A stretch of DNA of 64,000 nucleotides from Perkinsela sp. CCAP 1560/9 (GCA_965644495.1 CBFFSA010000002.1:1364001-1428000), one strand, 5' to 3'. Shown: positions 31,090-41,953, numbered from the stretch's first letter. The notes: generated by a model from the letters alone, not told the origin. Program-made: numbers and translations.

Positions 31090-33408
31090 CGGGACCCCGG
31101 GGCCGGACGACCCCTGTCGCGGTACGGCTGTTCGGGAGGCCGTGCCGTGGAGAAAGTAAACTGCCCTGGTCCCGGCCAGGTCCCGATCAGAGATTATATT
31201 TTAGGTCACGATCAGATTTTGAAAAACATAATTTATATAGAGCTTCCGGAAGACGTGTTAGACAGCTGCGTGCGACGAGCGGAAGACATTTTCCGCGAAA
31301 AGTTTTCTCCTGGAAATCATTCCAAAGTTTTCTCCTGGAGATCATGAAAAGAATATGGAGGAGATTCGTGAGTTTCGTGGAAGGAGTCCACACCTTGGGA
31401 TATGTGCTAGACGAAGAGAGAATGCTTGCAGCTTTCGCTCTCCATCTATACGACCAAGAGAAGGTAAAAGGTCAAACGGTGGTACAATACCTGTGCCATC
31501 TGGTAAACGAGTACTCGTTCTCGGGGGTAAAACTGGATATAGCTCGAATAGACGCTTTGAAAGCGGCCATGATGAGGAGGGCCACTCCCGCTATAAAGGC
31601 AAATCCTATGACCCACGAACAAGTAATTCAATTTTTGGATCAACCGCAGTTAACAGAGATCAAAAAAACGTTCGTGATGGTTTATTGGCTCAGCGGACAG
31701 AGACCTGGAGAACTGTTAGCTCTGGACGTAGACGAAGTGTCAGTGACTTCCGAGGCGAACGACGAAACTCACATGGATGCTAAGTCATACCAAGAATGTT
31801 ACGAATCAGGAAAGAAGTACTCCGCGCTGCATAAGAATGGTGGTCCCGCTGGTCTGGAGAAGGACAATTCGGACGTCTCTGTGGAATGCTCGCCGGTTAG
31901 GTCGCGAACAGTGGTTCGAGGGAGTAGAATTGAGAACTCTAAATCTCGCCTTGAAGAAATTACCGGCGGCGCTGAATCACCCTCGACTGAGAGACCGTTT
32001 CAGTCTATATTCCATTCGCAGGGGAGCGCTCCAACACATGGCGGCTTTGGAAGTCTCAGCGCAAGACATTCAATGTTTGACTCGGCACGTATCGGAAAAC
32101 TCTCTCCGGGCGTACCTGGGATCCTATATGGATCCGAAAGCGGTAAAAGGTCTGGAAGTGTCCAGACTATTAGGACAACCCGCTCCCCTGTATTCAGAAT
32201 TTCCTGTAGAAGAGAGTCGAACGACTACGTTGGAAAATACTCCGCGGACCCCATCAACGAGGGGGTCGATCATCGAGATCGATTCACCTCTCCCGGGGAC
32301 CCAAATTTTCTCCAGGTTAATGGAGAAAAGGGTTCCTTGCGAAATGAGGCAGGCGGACCCATCGGAGCAACAGGACAGTTTTATACCCGTGGACTCACCT
32401 GTCGAAACGACGAGTTTAAACCCCCCCTGCTCGAACCACCAGAGGTTCGAGACACCCCTGTATCAAAAGGTGGCACGAGCATTTCCGTTATCAAACCTGT
32501 TTCCACATTTTCCCCCGCCCGACAAAGTGTCAATATTGGCCAGAAGCGTTCCTGTTTCCACCGTACCGGAACTCACTACTCCGTTTTCCGAGAGCCCTTG
32601 CAAACGAGATCAAAACCATCGATTCCCATCAGCACTACGAAACCTGTTTGGAACCCCCCCTCCTTTTCAATTGCTTGCCACCCCCGTTTTCGGGTCGGCC
32701 CCCCAGCAACAGGGTGTTCGAAGTCAATTACACTTTCCCCTTTCCCCTTGCCCTGTCCAGCCGAAGATCAATCGGGAAACAGATGCTCCAGTCCAGGCCT
32801 TATTTCTAGCCACGACACCACGGACAGAAAGCCCAGATCCGATAAGGACCCCCTCTGCCTCGCGGTCCGAGGTCCCTCAGGAAGATACTCCGGATCCGAG
32901 GGGGGTTTCTCCTGCCCCTCGCGCGGCTACATCACATCTGAAGACGCTGGGTCAGGGGGAATGTCCGCATGCTCTTCGGGAAGCAACCCCATATCAGGAA
33001 GCATCAAACCGCGCCACCCCACTTCTCACACCCGGTTTCGCCACCCCGCCGACCCCGTTCAATTTCCTGACGTTTCAGGATGCAGATCATTGGACCCCAC
33101 CTCCGCAACCAACGCCGCCACCAAACCCCGCCTCAATAATTCATTACGATCCCCCGCCGCAGATAAAAAGGCACAGAGTTCCTGCATACCTGTACAACCC
33201 AACGGGGACGGACTACGCGTCCCCAGTTCAATCACGAGCGAGATTCAAAAAAGCCAAACTGGACGAACAAGAGCGGCAACTGGCAAAAGCGGAACAGGAG
33301 GATATGGAAGCTTTAAGAGAGATGGAGACCGATATAGAGCGGGACCTACATGTCCCAACAAAAACGAAGCGATCACAGATAGTGGAGCCTGCGTCGCCGC
33401 ACCAATAG
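31090..33408 (+). pseudogene. Tyrosine recombinase ORF2, frameshifted twice in this copy
   Basis: KRIWRRFVSF and WLSGQRPGELL (first Arg) sit in the 31086 frame. SHTKN, SLYSIRRGA, LTRH and LRAYLG (catalytic Tyr) sit in the 31777 frame. The likely N-terminus is in the 31147 frame. Confidence 0.85.
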
Positions 33409-34991
33409 GTGTCGGCACCTCGCCATGGAAAGTATTATATGAGTTCGCGTCATACGGGTATGCGCGTTCCGGAAAACTTTTTAGCGAGAGAAACATACAG
33501 AAACCGCCGCAATGGCCTTTGGACCCGATGCCAGCGACGCGTTTAAATTTAGAATTATTAAAAAGCCTAGCACAAGCAGAACACCTGGAAGCTGAAGTCA
33601 ATATATTAAAATACTTAGAAGATGAACATTTTAGCAGTTTGACGTGTACAAAATGTACACCTGTCTACAGTGGCGAATCCAAGTACCTCGCCCCCTTTTT
33701 AGGGGATTTAGTGAAAAGTGGTATTTTGAAACCATTACCGCGTCGAAAAGCGAAAATCTGGATGTCAGCGTTTCTAGTTCCAAAACAGAGAAAACGTACC
33801 TTAAGAGCGATACTAAATGCGATCCCACTGAACGAGATACAGGAGATGGTTCCCGGACCATTAGAGCTTCCGGGGTTATCTGACATTGCAGACATGATTC
33901 GGAGGCACGACTTTTTCTGCGAAACAGACGGGAAGAGCTGGTACAATCAATTCGATCTTCCACAAGCGGCGTTACCATTCTTTGCGATTCGTGTTTCGGG
34001 TCGCACATACGCTTGGTCTACATTACCCATGGGGTGGAAGAGTTCAGTGAAGATCGCACATGCCGCTACATCCATTCTTCACCATTTACCGGGAGCTAAA
34101 AGTGAAACCTTGATGTTCATTGATAATGGCTACCGGTTCTCAAATTCAACAAAGGACTTGGAGAACGACATCGGTGAAGTTTTAGTAAGAGCAGAAAAAG
34201 TCTCAGCCACTTTAGTCGTTACAACACCGCCGCAAGAGGCGGGAACCATTTTAGGCGTTCAGGTAGATCTATCTCGAAAGACCCTTTGTTTACCCCGCGA
34301 ATTTATTGAGAAGTTGGTAGCTTTGCGCAACACGTTTGAAACTCTTCAACGAATCCAATCTAGGCCCTCACATCGCTTAGTGTGGAAGGTACTGGGAACT
34401 ATTTTTTGGGCCGCACGAGTGCTGGGGATTGCACAATGCGACTACATAACGGTGATGCTATGGATTCGCAACAGAGCCCGGTTTCTTTCTTGCAATCCGA
34501 TCTACTGGGACAAGACCTGCTGGATGCGACCGGAATTTGTTACAGCCTTGATTGAACTCCTAAATCGTATCGAAATCAACACACCCCGGAGCGTTGGAGA
34601 GTCAGCAGATGAAAGTGAGCGTATCTACGTGGACGCGTCACAGGGCAGATGGGGTCTCGCCTGGTGGGAAGCAGGGAATCTACGAGATCGCAGTGGTATT
34701 TTTCCCTCCTGGTTGAAAGAGAAGCCAATCGCCTATAAAGAACTGTATGCTGCTGAGATGGGTCTGAAGGAATGTAAAGAACGAAAATTAAAAAATGTGA
34801 CCATTATCTCTGACAACAAGAATGTAGTATCATGGATGTCCCGCTGGTGCGCGGGTCCTCCTCTTATTATGTCGTGGTTGCAGCGTCTGCGAAATGATTA
34901 TTATGTGAAGGGCACGTTCAGGGAAATCATCTGGACAAGTTCGGATACAAATCTAGCGGATGCGCCATCCCGACGGGGAGGATCAGCCTAG
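31760..34991 (+). CDS. Reverse transcriptase + RNase H ORF3 (domains from ~33700; 5' boundary approximate)
   Basis: FLVPK...LRAILN, ETDGKSWYNQF, LPMGWKSS, FIDN; RNase H YVDAS, KELYAA, ISDN, NLADAPSR. Confidence 0.92.
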
Positions 34992-35108
34992 ACGGAAAAT
35001 TGCTATTCGTGAAAAGCGACGATTAAGATAAACTTACTGGAATTTCTATAGTTTCGCTTGGATACAGCAACCAAATCCGTCGAACCGGAGGACGACCAAC
35101 ATGGTTAT

Positions 35109-36437
35109 ACACTTATTCTGAAATATTTAAGAAACTACGACTTGAATTGAATATAAGCTTAGTACTAACGAACAGAACTGTATTACGTTATTGTGTTATT
35201 CTCAAAGTAGAAACTGTTCCCAACAGTGAAATTTTGGCGTCTACCTCATTTAGCACATCCTTTTGGTATCTATATTTTCTTCTTCGCTCGGCATGTAACT
35301 CAGACGCTATGGAAAAAGACATTTTATTTATAAAAGGATTTTCTATAGACGCAAATAAGCAAAATTTCCTGTTGGAGTTTCTTGAATCACACTTATTCTG
35401 AAATATTTAAAAAACTACGACTTGAATTGAATATAAGCTTAGTACTAACGAACAGAACTGTATTACGTTATTGTGTTATTCTCAAAGTAGAAACTGTTCC
35501 CAACAGTGAAATTTTGGCGTCTACCTCATTTAGCACATCCTTTTGGTATCTATATTTTCTTCCTCGCTAGGCATGTAACTCGGACGCTATGGAAAAAGAT
35601 ATCTTATTTATAAAAGGATTTTCTATAGACGCAAATAAGCAAAATTTCCTGTTGGAGTTTCTTGAATCACACTTATTCTGAAATATTTAAGAAACTACGA
35701 CTTGAATTGAATATAAGCTTAGTACTAACGAACAGAACTGTATTACGTTATTGTGTTATTCTCAAAGTAGAAACTGTTCCCAACAGTGAAATTTTGGCGT
35801 CTACCTCATTTAGCACATCCTTTTGGTATCTATATTTTCTTCTTCGCTCGGCATGTAACTCAGACGCTATGGAAAAAGATATTTTATTTATAAAAGGATT
35901 TTCTATAGACGCAAATAAGCAAAATTTCCTGTTGGAGTTTCTTGAATCACACTTATTCTGAAATATTTAAGAAACTACGACTTGAATTGAATATAAGCTT
36001 AGTACTAACGAACAGAACTGTATTACGTTATTGTGTTATTCTCAAAGTAGAAACTGTTCCCAACAGTGAAATTTTGGCGTCTACCTCATTTAGCACATCC
36101 TTTTGGTATCTATATTTTCTTCTTCGCTCGGCATGTAACTCAGACGCTATGGAAAAAGATATTTTATTTATAAAAGGATTTTCTATAGACGCAAATAAGC
36201 AAAATTTCCTGTTGGAGTTTCTTGAATCACACTTATTCTGAAATATTTAAGAAACTACGACTTGAATTGAATATAAGCTTAGTACTAACGAACAGAACTG
36301 TATTACGTTATTGTGTTATTCTCAAAGTAGAAACTGTTCCCAACAGTGAAATTTTGGCGTCTACCTCATTTAGCATATCCTTTTGGTATCTATATTTTCT
36401 TCTTCGCTCGGCATGTAACTCAGACGCTATGGAAAAA
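35109..36437 (+). repeat. Tandem array, 280-bp period, ~4.75 copies (B 171 bp x5, A 109 bp x4, plus a 33-bp partial A)
   Basis: Units start at 35109, 35389, 35669, 35949 and 36229; only a handful of substitutions between copies. Confidence 0.97.
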
Positions 36438-36576
36438 TCAAGGAATTAGTATTTTCTAAAGCCAAGGAATATTTATTATACATGTATACTTAGAGGGATG
36501 GAGCGTGAAAAAATGTCAGTTGGACGAAGACGGGCGCACACTTTGTTGCTAAGCCATTCCAATGTATAAAATAAGC

Positions 36577-37794
36577 GGTGGAATTGAACGAAGATTGCAC
36601 ATTTTTTCAAAAAATACGATTTTTTTTATATATTTTTTTAGTTTCTGTTTCTTGCTAAATACATAGATTAGAGTCTTTGCTAGTATTTTTGACTTTTTTA
36701 CGCTCTCAGCTACTGGTGAAATCATGATGAATGATTTGGATGATGGGTTTTGCTGCGGATGCCATGAGATGAACTGTTCTATACGTTTTCCGTTAAGTGA
36801 GGTGGGGCAATGGGATGACTTGAAGTGCCTTCACTGGCTTAAAGGGCACCATCTTGTAGCCCAACTTGTGAAGTGTGAGCGAGGCCACTCATTAACGACA
36901 TGTGTTGTTCAGAATGGTCAGTGGCAGTGCCCCATACGTACTTGTCGGGCCCGTTATTCCTTGGAATCCCCCCTTCTTCCTTCCAAGTCTAAGATCCCAC
37001 CAAAGCAACTAGTCATCGCATTGATCTGCTACTCGCGTTCAATGTAGGGGAAGCACATGGCCGAAGAATGCTTGTTTTCTGAGAGGACAGCGTGCAAATT
37101 CCGACAGACTATGGACCGCATCACTGCATGGGCCCATCAATATCGACGCCTGGAGGCGAACGGTAAGATTGACTACATGCAGGTTGATGAGACTTTTTTC
37201 CCCAAGATTAAAGTCGGAGGCCCGAATCGAAACCGGAGAGTGCGTCAGGCCGGTAGCGAGGTTGCTTAAACCTTGTGTGACACAACAAGGGGCGGAAAAC
37301 TTCGTGAAATCTATGTGACACCGGTGCCAGACAAAAAAGGCTCAACTCTGGTATCCCTCGTTGAGGAAATGGCTCGCGGGCCCCGTACAAGGATATGGAC
37401 AGACGGGGCGACGCACAACGCTCCTGGATTCGACGGCAAGTACCGTTGGAGTGAAGTTATTCACCGAAATGAATGGATAACTGAAGAGGGGGTGCACACT
37501 AATACTGTTGAGGGGGCGAATTCGATGCTAAAGAAAAGGTTAGTGTGTGAGGGGGGTAGTTTGGGTAGGTCAGAGTCTTCAAGAAAGGCACGACTCCGAG
37601 CCATAACTGAGAAGTGTAATGGTTCCTTACGGGTTCCAGAACAAAGCCCGTTGGTACGAGTTTTGTTGGATGTGGCGTTGTTTTGTGCGGAAATAGTCTT
37701 ATGTTCGTAGTTTTGATTTTCTTTGAAATTCGTTGATTTTTAGTTACTTTTAGGATTTTTTTTGAAAAGTGTGCAAAGTTCGTTCAATCTGACC
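36577..37794 (+). mobile_element. Second Merlin-family DNA transposon (different family)
   Basis: Imperfect TIRs ggtggaattgaacgaagattgcacattttttcaaaaaa / ttttttgaaaagtgtgcaaagttcgttcaatctgacc; perfect 8-bp TSD aaataagc at 36569-36576 and 37795-37802. Confidence 0.93.
36724..37710 (+). pseudogene. Merlin/IS1595 transposase with two in-frame stops
   Basis: Three same-frame ORFs broken by TAG 37045 and TAA 37267; QVDETFF, IWTDG, GVHTNTVEGANSMLK. Confidence 0.9.
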
Positions 37795-38024
37795 AAATAA
37801 GCATTCAAAATTTAATAATATTGAATAATCATTCAAAATTTCGGCGAAGGAGAATCGGACGAAAAGTGTAGGAGAAACTGAAGAAATTTTCGGTTTAAAA
37901 AAATCAGATTTTTTTCAATATTTCAATTCCTTGATTGTAGAAAATACTTCTCCAGAGATTTTATTTGTGTTCTCTCGAGTTCGCCATTCTTTTCGTCATT
38001 TTTAGTAATTTAGTCTATCTTTCC

Positions 38025-38234
38025 ATGCCTTGAAGGGAGTGTGTTGGGTTTTCTTGTCGGCAAAAGCTAACAATAAGTAATATTTCAACTTGGACTGAAA
38101 AGCAGTGCGTGGAGTGGCTACAAAACCGTAAGTTGGTGGCGCAAAAGGTCGTATGTTGCAAACAAAATCACACGAGTGACCACACTATGGAAATCAAGGT
38201 GAAAAATGATGGGCAGGGCGCAGCGAAGCGCTAA
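38025..38234 (+). pseudogene. N-terminal fragment of a third Merlin transposase
   Basis: Manual translation ...RQKLTISNISTWTEKQCVEWLQNRKLVAQKVVC aligns by eye to FPLSEVGQWDDLKCLHWLKGHHLVAQLVKC of the 36724 ORF. Confidence 0.7.
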
Positions 38235-39110
38235 ACAAACATTGGAGTACATAGTACCTTACGTTCGGGGAAATAGACGTGAGGGGTCTGTTGTAGAGAG
38301 GGAGCTCAGTGAGAAAACTATTGTATCACTACGTCAGTGGATTGATTCATGGCAACTTGTCATGTCCGTCGACGTGCCCGACAAAGAGGGAACGTCCACT
38401 CGATGCAGTGTGACGAATCGTTTTTCTCGGTTTGGAAATGTCACCGATATGTGTGCGTGTTCTGCTAACCTACAAGTACTAAGCTTCTCTGTAGAGTTTT
38501 GGGAAGAGTTGAGCTGTCATCGGGTGAAGTGGACACTGAAGATAGACCATAGCCCTGCTTTCTTACACGATATCCCCTTCCATTCACAGGTTGGAGTGCT
38601 TAAATCCGACAAGCGGATCTTTTCCTGCGAAAAATACTAATTAATAGCAAGTCCATGTCCTTGCTCACCTCAACAAAATTGTGTCATGAGGAGCGTAAAC
38701 AAAGCATCAGGAAAATGTATTAAACGAAGTAGAGATAAAACCTTTTTCCCAACCTGTCTAAGCCTGCCATATGAAAGCTCTACAATATTACACCACTGTG
38801 CACCGTAACCGTAGCGGGGCACACTACTGGTGATAATATAGTAATAATGTAAGACAATGTACATTTATTAGAAGAAACCAACCTCCAAACACTTAATCGG
38901 AGTAGTATACACATAAGTCACAAAAGTACGATAAAGTTTTTCCTATAGAAGTCCCTTTTAGGTCAACAAACGAAGGACTCTGGAAATTACATTCAAGGTG
39001 AACGATCTCTGAAATATTAATTAACCTTTAAGGAACGTTAGTCAACGAAAAAAAGAAATAAATACGCCAACTAGTTCTGGAACTAATCGTCCCTTCCATT
39101 TCGCAAAACG

Positions 39111-40697
39111 TTACGAAGAAATCTCGATGCCTTTCTTTTCTCGGCCATTCCCTCCCAATATTCGCTCACTATGCCGAATCCTTTCCATGGCCTTTGATTC
39201 CGCGTGTTCCCACCGTACGCGTTGGAAGAACACAACATAACCTAATGCACCGCCAATGAGACCTAACACTGGGCCAAGCCATAAGCCACGAAACCTCATC
39301 CCTAGCTTGAAGGCAAACACCCACCCGAGAGGCACACCAATAGCATAAGCAGCAAACAGAAAATAAAATCCGTACTTTGGGTAACCCATTCCTTTCACGA
39401 TTCCGTTGCATACGCAAAGGATGGAGTCAAGAATGTGAAAAACAATCAGCAACGGCATTACTTCACGATACAAACGTAAGAGTTCAGGATCACCATTAAA
39501 GAATCCGGGTACAACGTCCTGAGTAAACCACAATACAACAATATCGACAGTTGCTACGCCAGCCATAAGAATTGAAGTTGCTAATGCAGCTCGTCGCGCT
39601 TTTGGAATATTGCGGGCACCAAGAGCATTGCCGACCGTAATACTGACCGCGACGTTAAGTCCAAGGGGAAGCATATACAGAAGGGATAACACCTGCATAC
39701 AAATAGACATGGTATCAAGTGTTTCCACACCGAGACGTCCGGAAGCTAATCCATTAAGTTCAAAGACTCCCCACTCAAGGAAGAGCATTAGGGCACTTGG
39801 AATGCCCAGTAACAAGAATTGTTTCCAATCCTTAAATGCCGCGAAACTGAATCCGTGCCATAATCCTCGATGCAGACTACCTCGTAAAGCAATGTAGCCC
39901 ACCGTAAAAATCACCATGCCTAGGAAAAACATTGTGATTGTTAACGGACATCCTGCGATTCCTTGTTCTTGTATCAGACCATAAAACATAAAAGGACTCA
40001 AGCCCGTGAGCAAAATGGACACAAGAACTACGGCGGTCAAATTGTGCACACACATCAGAAACTTTCTCAGCACTTCATAGAAGATGCAAAGTGGAAGATT
40101 TGCCAGGTTGTACAGGATGTACGTACCAGCCATAGCGGCAACTTCTGGCTTCTGTCCTGTCAAACGCAACACTGGATCTGCAAAAACCCAAACTGCTGTT
40201 ATTGGAATAGTAAGGAGGAGTAGAATCAGGATTGCACGCTGCACATACAACATGATGAGGGGACTCTTTGGGTCTGCCCCATGGGCTTGAAACAGTAGTG
40301 TATCTAACGCATTGGCCATGCCGAATATAACAGAAAATCCGAAACAGTTACAATACATGATACCCATGCTAGCCCCGGCCAATGCCTCTACACCAAGCAT
40401 TGTTCCTGCGTAACGGAGTGCGATTTGAAAAACTGCAAGTTGGCTGAAATAGCTGATGCATATGGGAAGCGCAATGTACAATAAATTCCAGGCTGTGCGC
40501 CATAAGGATTCAGGCGCGGGCGGAGGAACGCTGATTTCTTCTTCTGGCACTTTTTTTGGTGCCTCCGCCGATACTTCTGAAATCGAAGCTGGTGGAGCTT
40601 CTGGTTTGCTAAAAGAAAATATTGGACTTCCTACACTCATGAGTTCTAATTCATGAGGGAGGCTACCACATGTGAAAAACTCGTGTCCTGCACTCAT
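39111..40697 (-). CDS. MATE multidrug/toxin efflux transporter, paralogue 1
   Basis: GMANALDTLLFQAHGA, LGIPSALMLFLEW, VGNALGA; ATG at 40697 matches the paralogue's MSAGH start. Confidence 0.93.
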   Translation of the reverse strand: MSAGHEFFTCGSLPHELELMSVGSPIFSFSKPEAPPASISEVSAEAPKKVPEEEISVPPPAPESLWRTAWNLLYIALPICISYFSQLAVFQIALRYAGTMLGVEALAGASMGIMYCNCFGFSVIFGMANALDTLLFQAHGADPKSPLIMLYVQRAILILLLLTIPITAVWVFADPVLRLTGQKPEVAAMAGTYILYNLANLPLCIFYEVLRKFLMCVHNLTAVVLVSILLTGLSPFMFYGLIQEQGIAGCPLTITMFFLGMVIFTVGYIALRGSLHRGLWHGFSFAAFKDWKQFLLLGIPSALMLFLEWGVFELNGLASGRLGVETLDTMSICMQVLSLLYMLPLGLNVAVSITVGNALGARNIPKARRAALATSILMAGVATVDIVVLWFTQDVVPGFFNGDPELLRLYREVMPLLIVFHILDSILCVCNGIVKGMGYPKYGFYFLFAAYAIGVPLGWVFAFKLGMRFRGLWLGPVLGLIGGALGYVVFFQRVRWEHAESKAMERIRHSERILGGNGREKKGIEISS

Positions 40698-41801
40698 GTC
40701 GTGAGAATTTCTTAGAATACGAAGTAATACTGAACAAGAAAATGAAAGAGTGGTGCTATAAAAAGAAGCTATAAAATTCATTACTATGACCCTCTTTAAT
40801 ATGCATACGTTTTTGGGATTTGTGCATACAAATTGTATTAACAAATTGTAGGGGGAAAAGAAAAAAGTGTGAAATGTGATGCCCCCTTTAAAAAAATCAG
40901 AAAAAAAATCAGGTGCCGCGAAGCTCTGTCAAAAGTCGGGACCATTAAAATAGTCGGGACCCTAGATCCCGCAATGCGTGGAAAAGGAAAAAAAGAAAGT
41001 TTGAGCATTCTTTTGCTTATATAGGCCAACATAGAAAATCATATACGCATCTGGACAGTATCCGCATATTTTCCTTACCTTGCATTTCAGCAATATAACT
41101 GTATAGTTTTAAGGGACGTCTGGTACATCAATGGTATACACTTCTAACTCGCTCTAACCTTGGACTCTCGAATCTCTGAAATATAGCGGGAAATGCTAGT
41201 CAAAGCAAGATTCTTCTCTTTCTGTACATGTTGATCTCAACATTTTTTACTCCTGCGCACTCACAGTGACTTCTCATTAATTTAAACATCGGGCATAAAA
41301 TGTGGACACCGGACGCTGGAATGCAACCACTGCCAGACGTCCTTTGCCCCACGAGCGAAACAGACATCCTTATGTTATAAGTGTCATCGACTTGGCCTTG
41401 TTGGCGCGAACTGCCCGAATAATGAAACTTCAAATTTTTCCTCTAATTCGGTTTTTCGGTCAGGGCGTCAGCCGTCTCATAGATATCATCCGTCTCACGT
41501 CGGATAATGGGGTATCTTGGGTATATTGATCCATGCGTAGCTAAATTTAATAGTGGCATTTTAAAGGATTACTCATTTGTCTCCCCCGATAGTGATTCAC
41601 AGTCCGTTCAGAACACAGAGGAACCGATCAAAAATTCTTTTGAGAACGGAGCAAAGGTTGCAAACGCCAGTTCAAGCAAGAAGCTAAATTCTTTTGGGTT
41701 TACAGTCTCTCGTCCTACAGTCTCTAGACCAGAAAAAGATGAATAAATTGAGGCGCGCTATCGCCAATAAAGTATTCACAAGATTAATACTTATTTATCT
41801 A

Positions 41802-41953
41802 CACGTGAGGGGCTGCGGGTATGATCTCTCGTGATCTCGCGTGATCTCGTTTTGAGGTCGTCCAACCACTCTACCGAGCCAAATTCGCTCTCGAGAGATC
41901 TCACGTGATCTCGCGTGATCTCGTATTGGGCCTAACCCGCAGCCCCTCACGTG
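41802..41953. mobile_element. 152-bp MITE, Tc1/mariner-type TA target
   Basis: Perfect 19-bp TIR cacgtgaggggctgcgggt; TA on both sides; internal gatctcgcgtgatctcg repeats. Confidence 0.85.

Larger units (their letters stand above)
30171..36437 (+). mobile_element. Tyrosine-recombinase (DIRS-order, VIPER/TATE/Ngaro-like) retrotransposon with split direct repeats
   Basis: Order gag-YR-RT-RNaseH. 5' repeat A at 30171-30279; 3' end has alternating B/A repeats and ends on B. Both junctions fall in an AAAAA run that also forms the internal B-A junction. Confidence 0.92.

Noticed and set aside
31086-34991. Single natural 1301-aa YR-RT fusion protein
   Set aside because: It contains only the first half of the YR catalytic domain; the rest is in another frame.
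35163-35265. Calling the repeat a bona fide SL RNA gene
   Set aside because: No canonical exon or TTG|GT donor, and the repeat boundaries are fully explained as element termini. Kept only as a speculative finding.
35109-36437. CRISPR-like array
   Set aside because: Units are near-identical over their whole length, with no unique spacers and no cas genes.
35147-36449. Repeated 62-99 aa ORFs in the array
   Set aside because: TTG starts, frame changes with each 280-bp unit, and one copy has a premature stop; by-products of the repeat.
36724-37710. Stop-codon reassignment (TAA/TAG as sense)
   Set aside because: Conserved host genes have no internal stops and end in TAA/TAG. The two stops are simply explained as CAG/CAA-type nonsense mutations.
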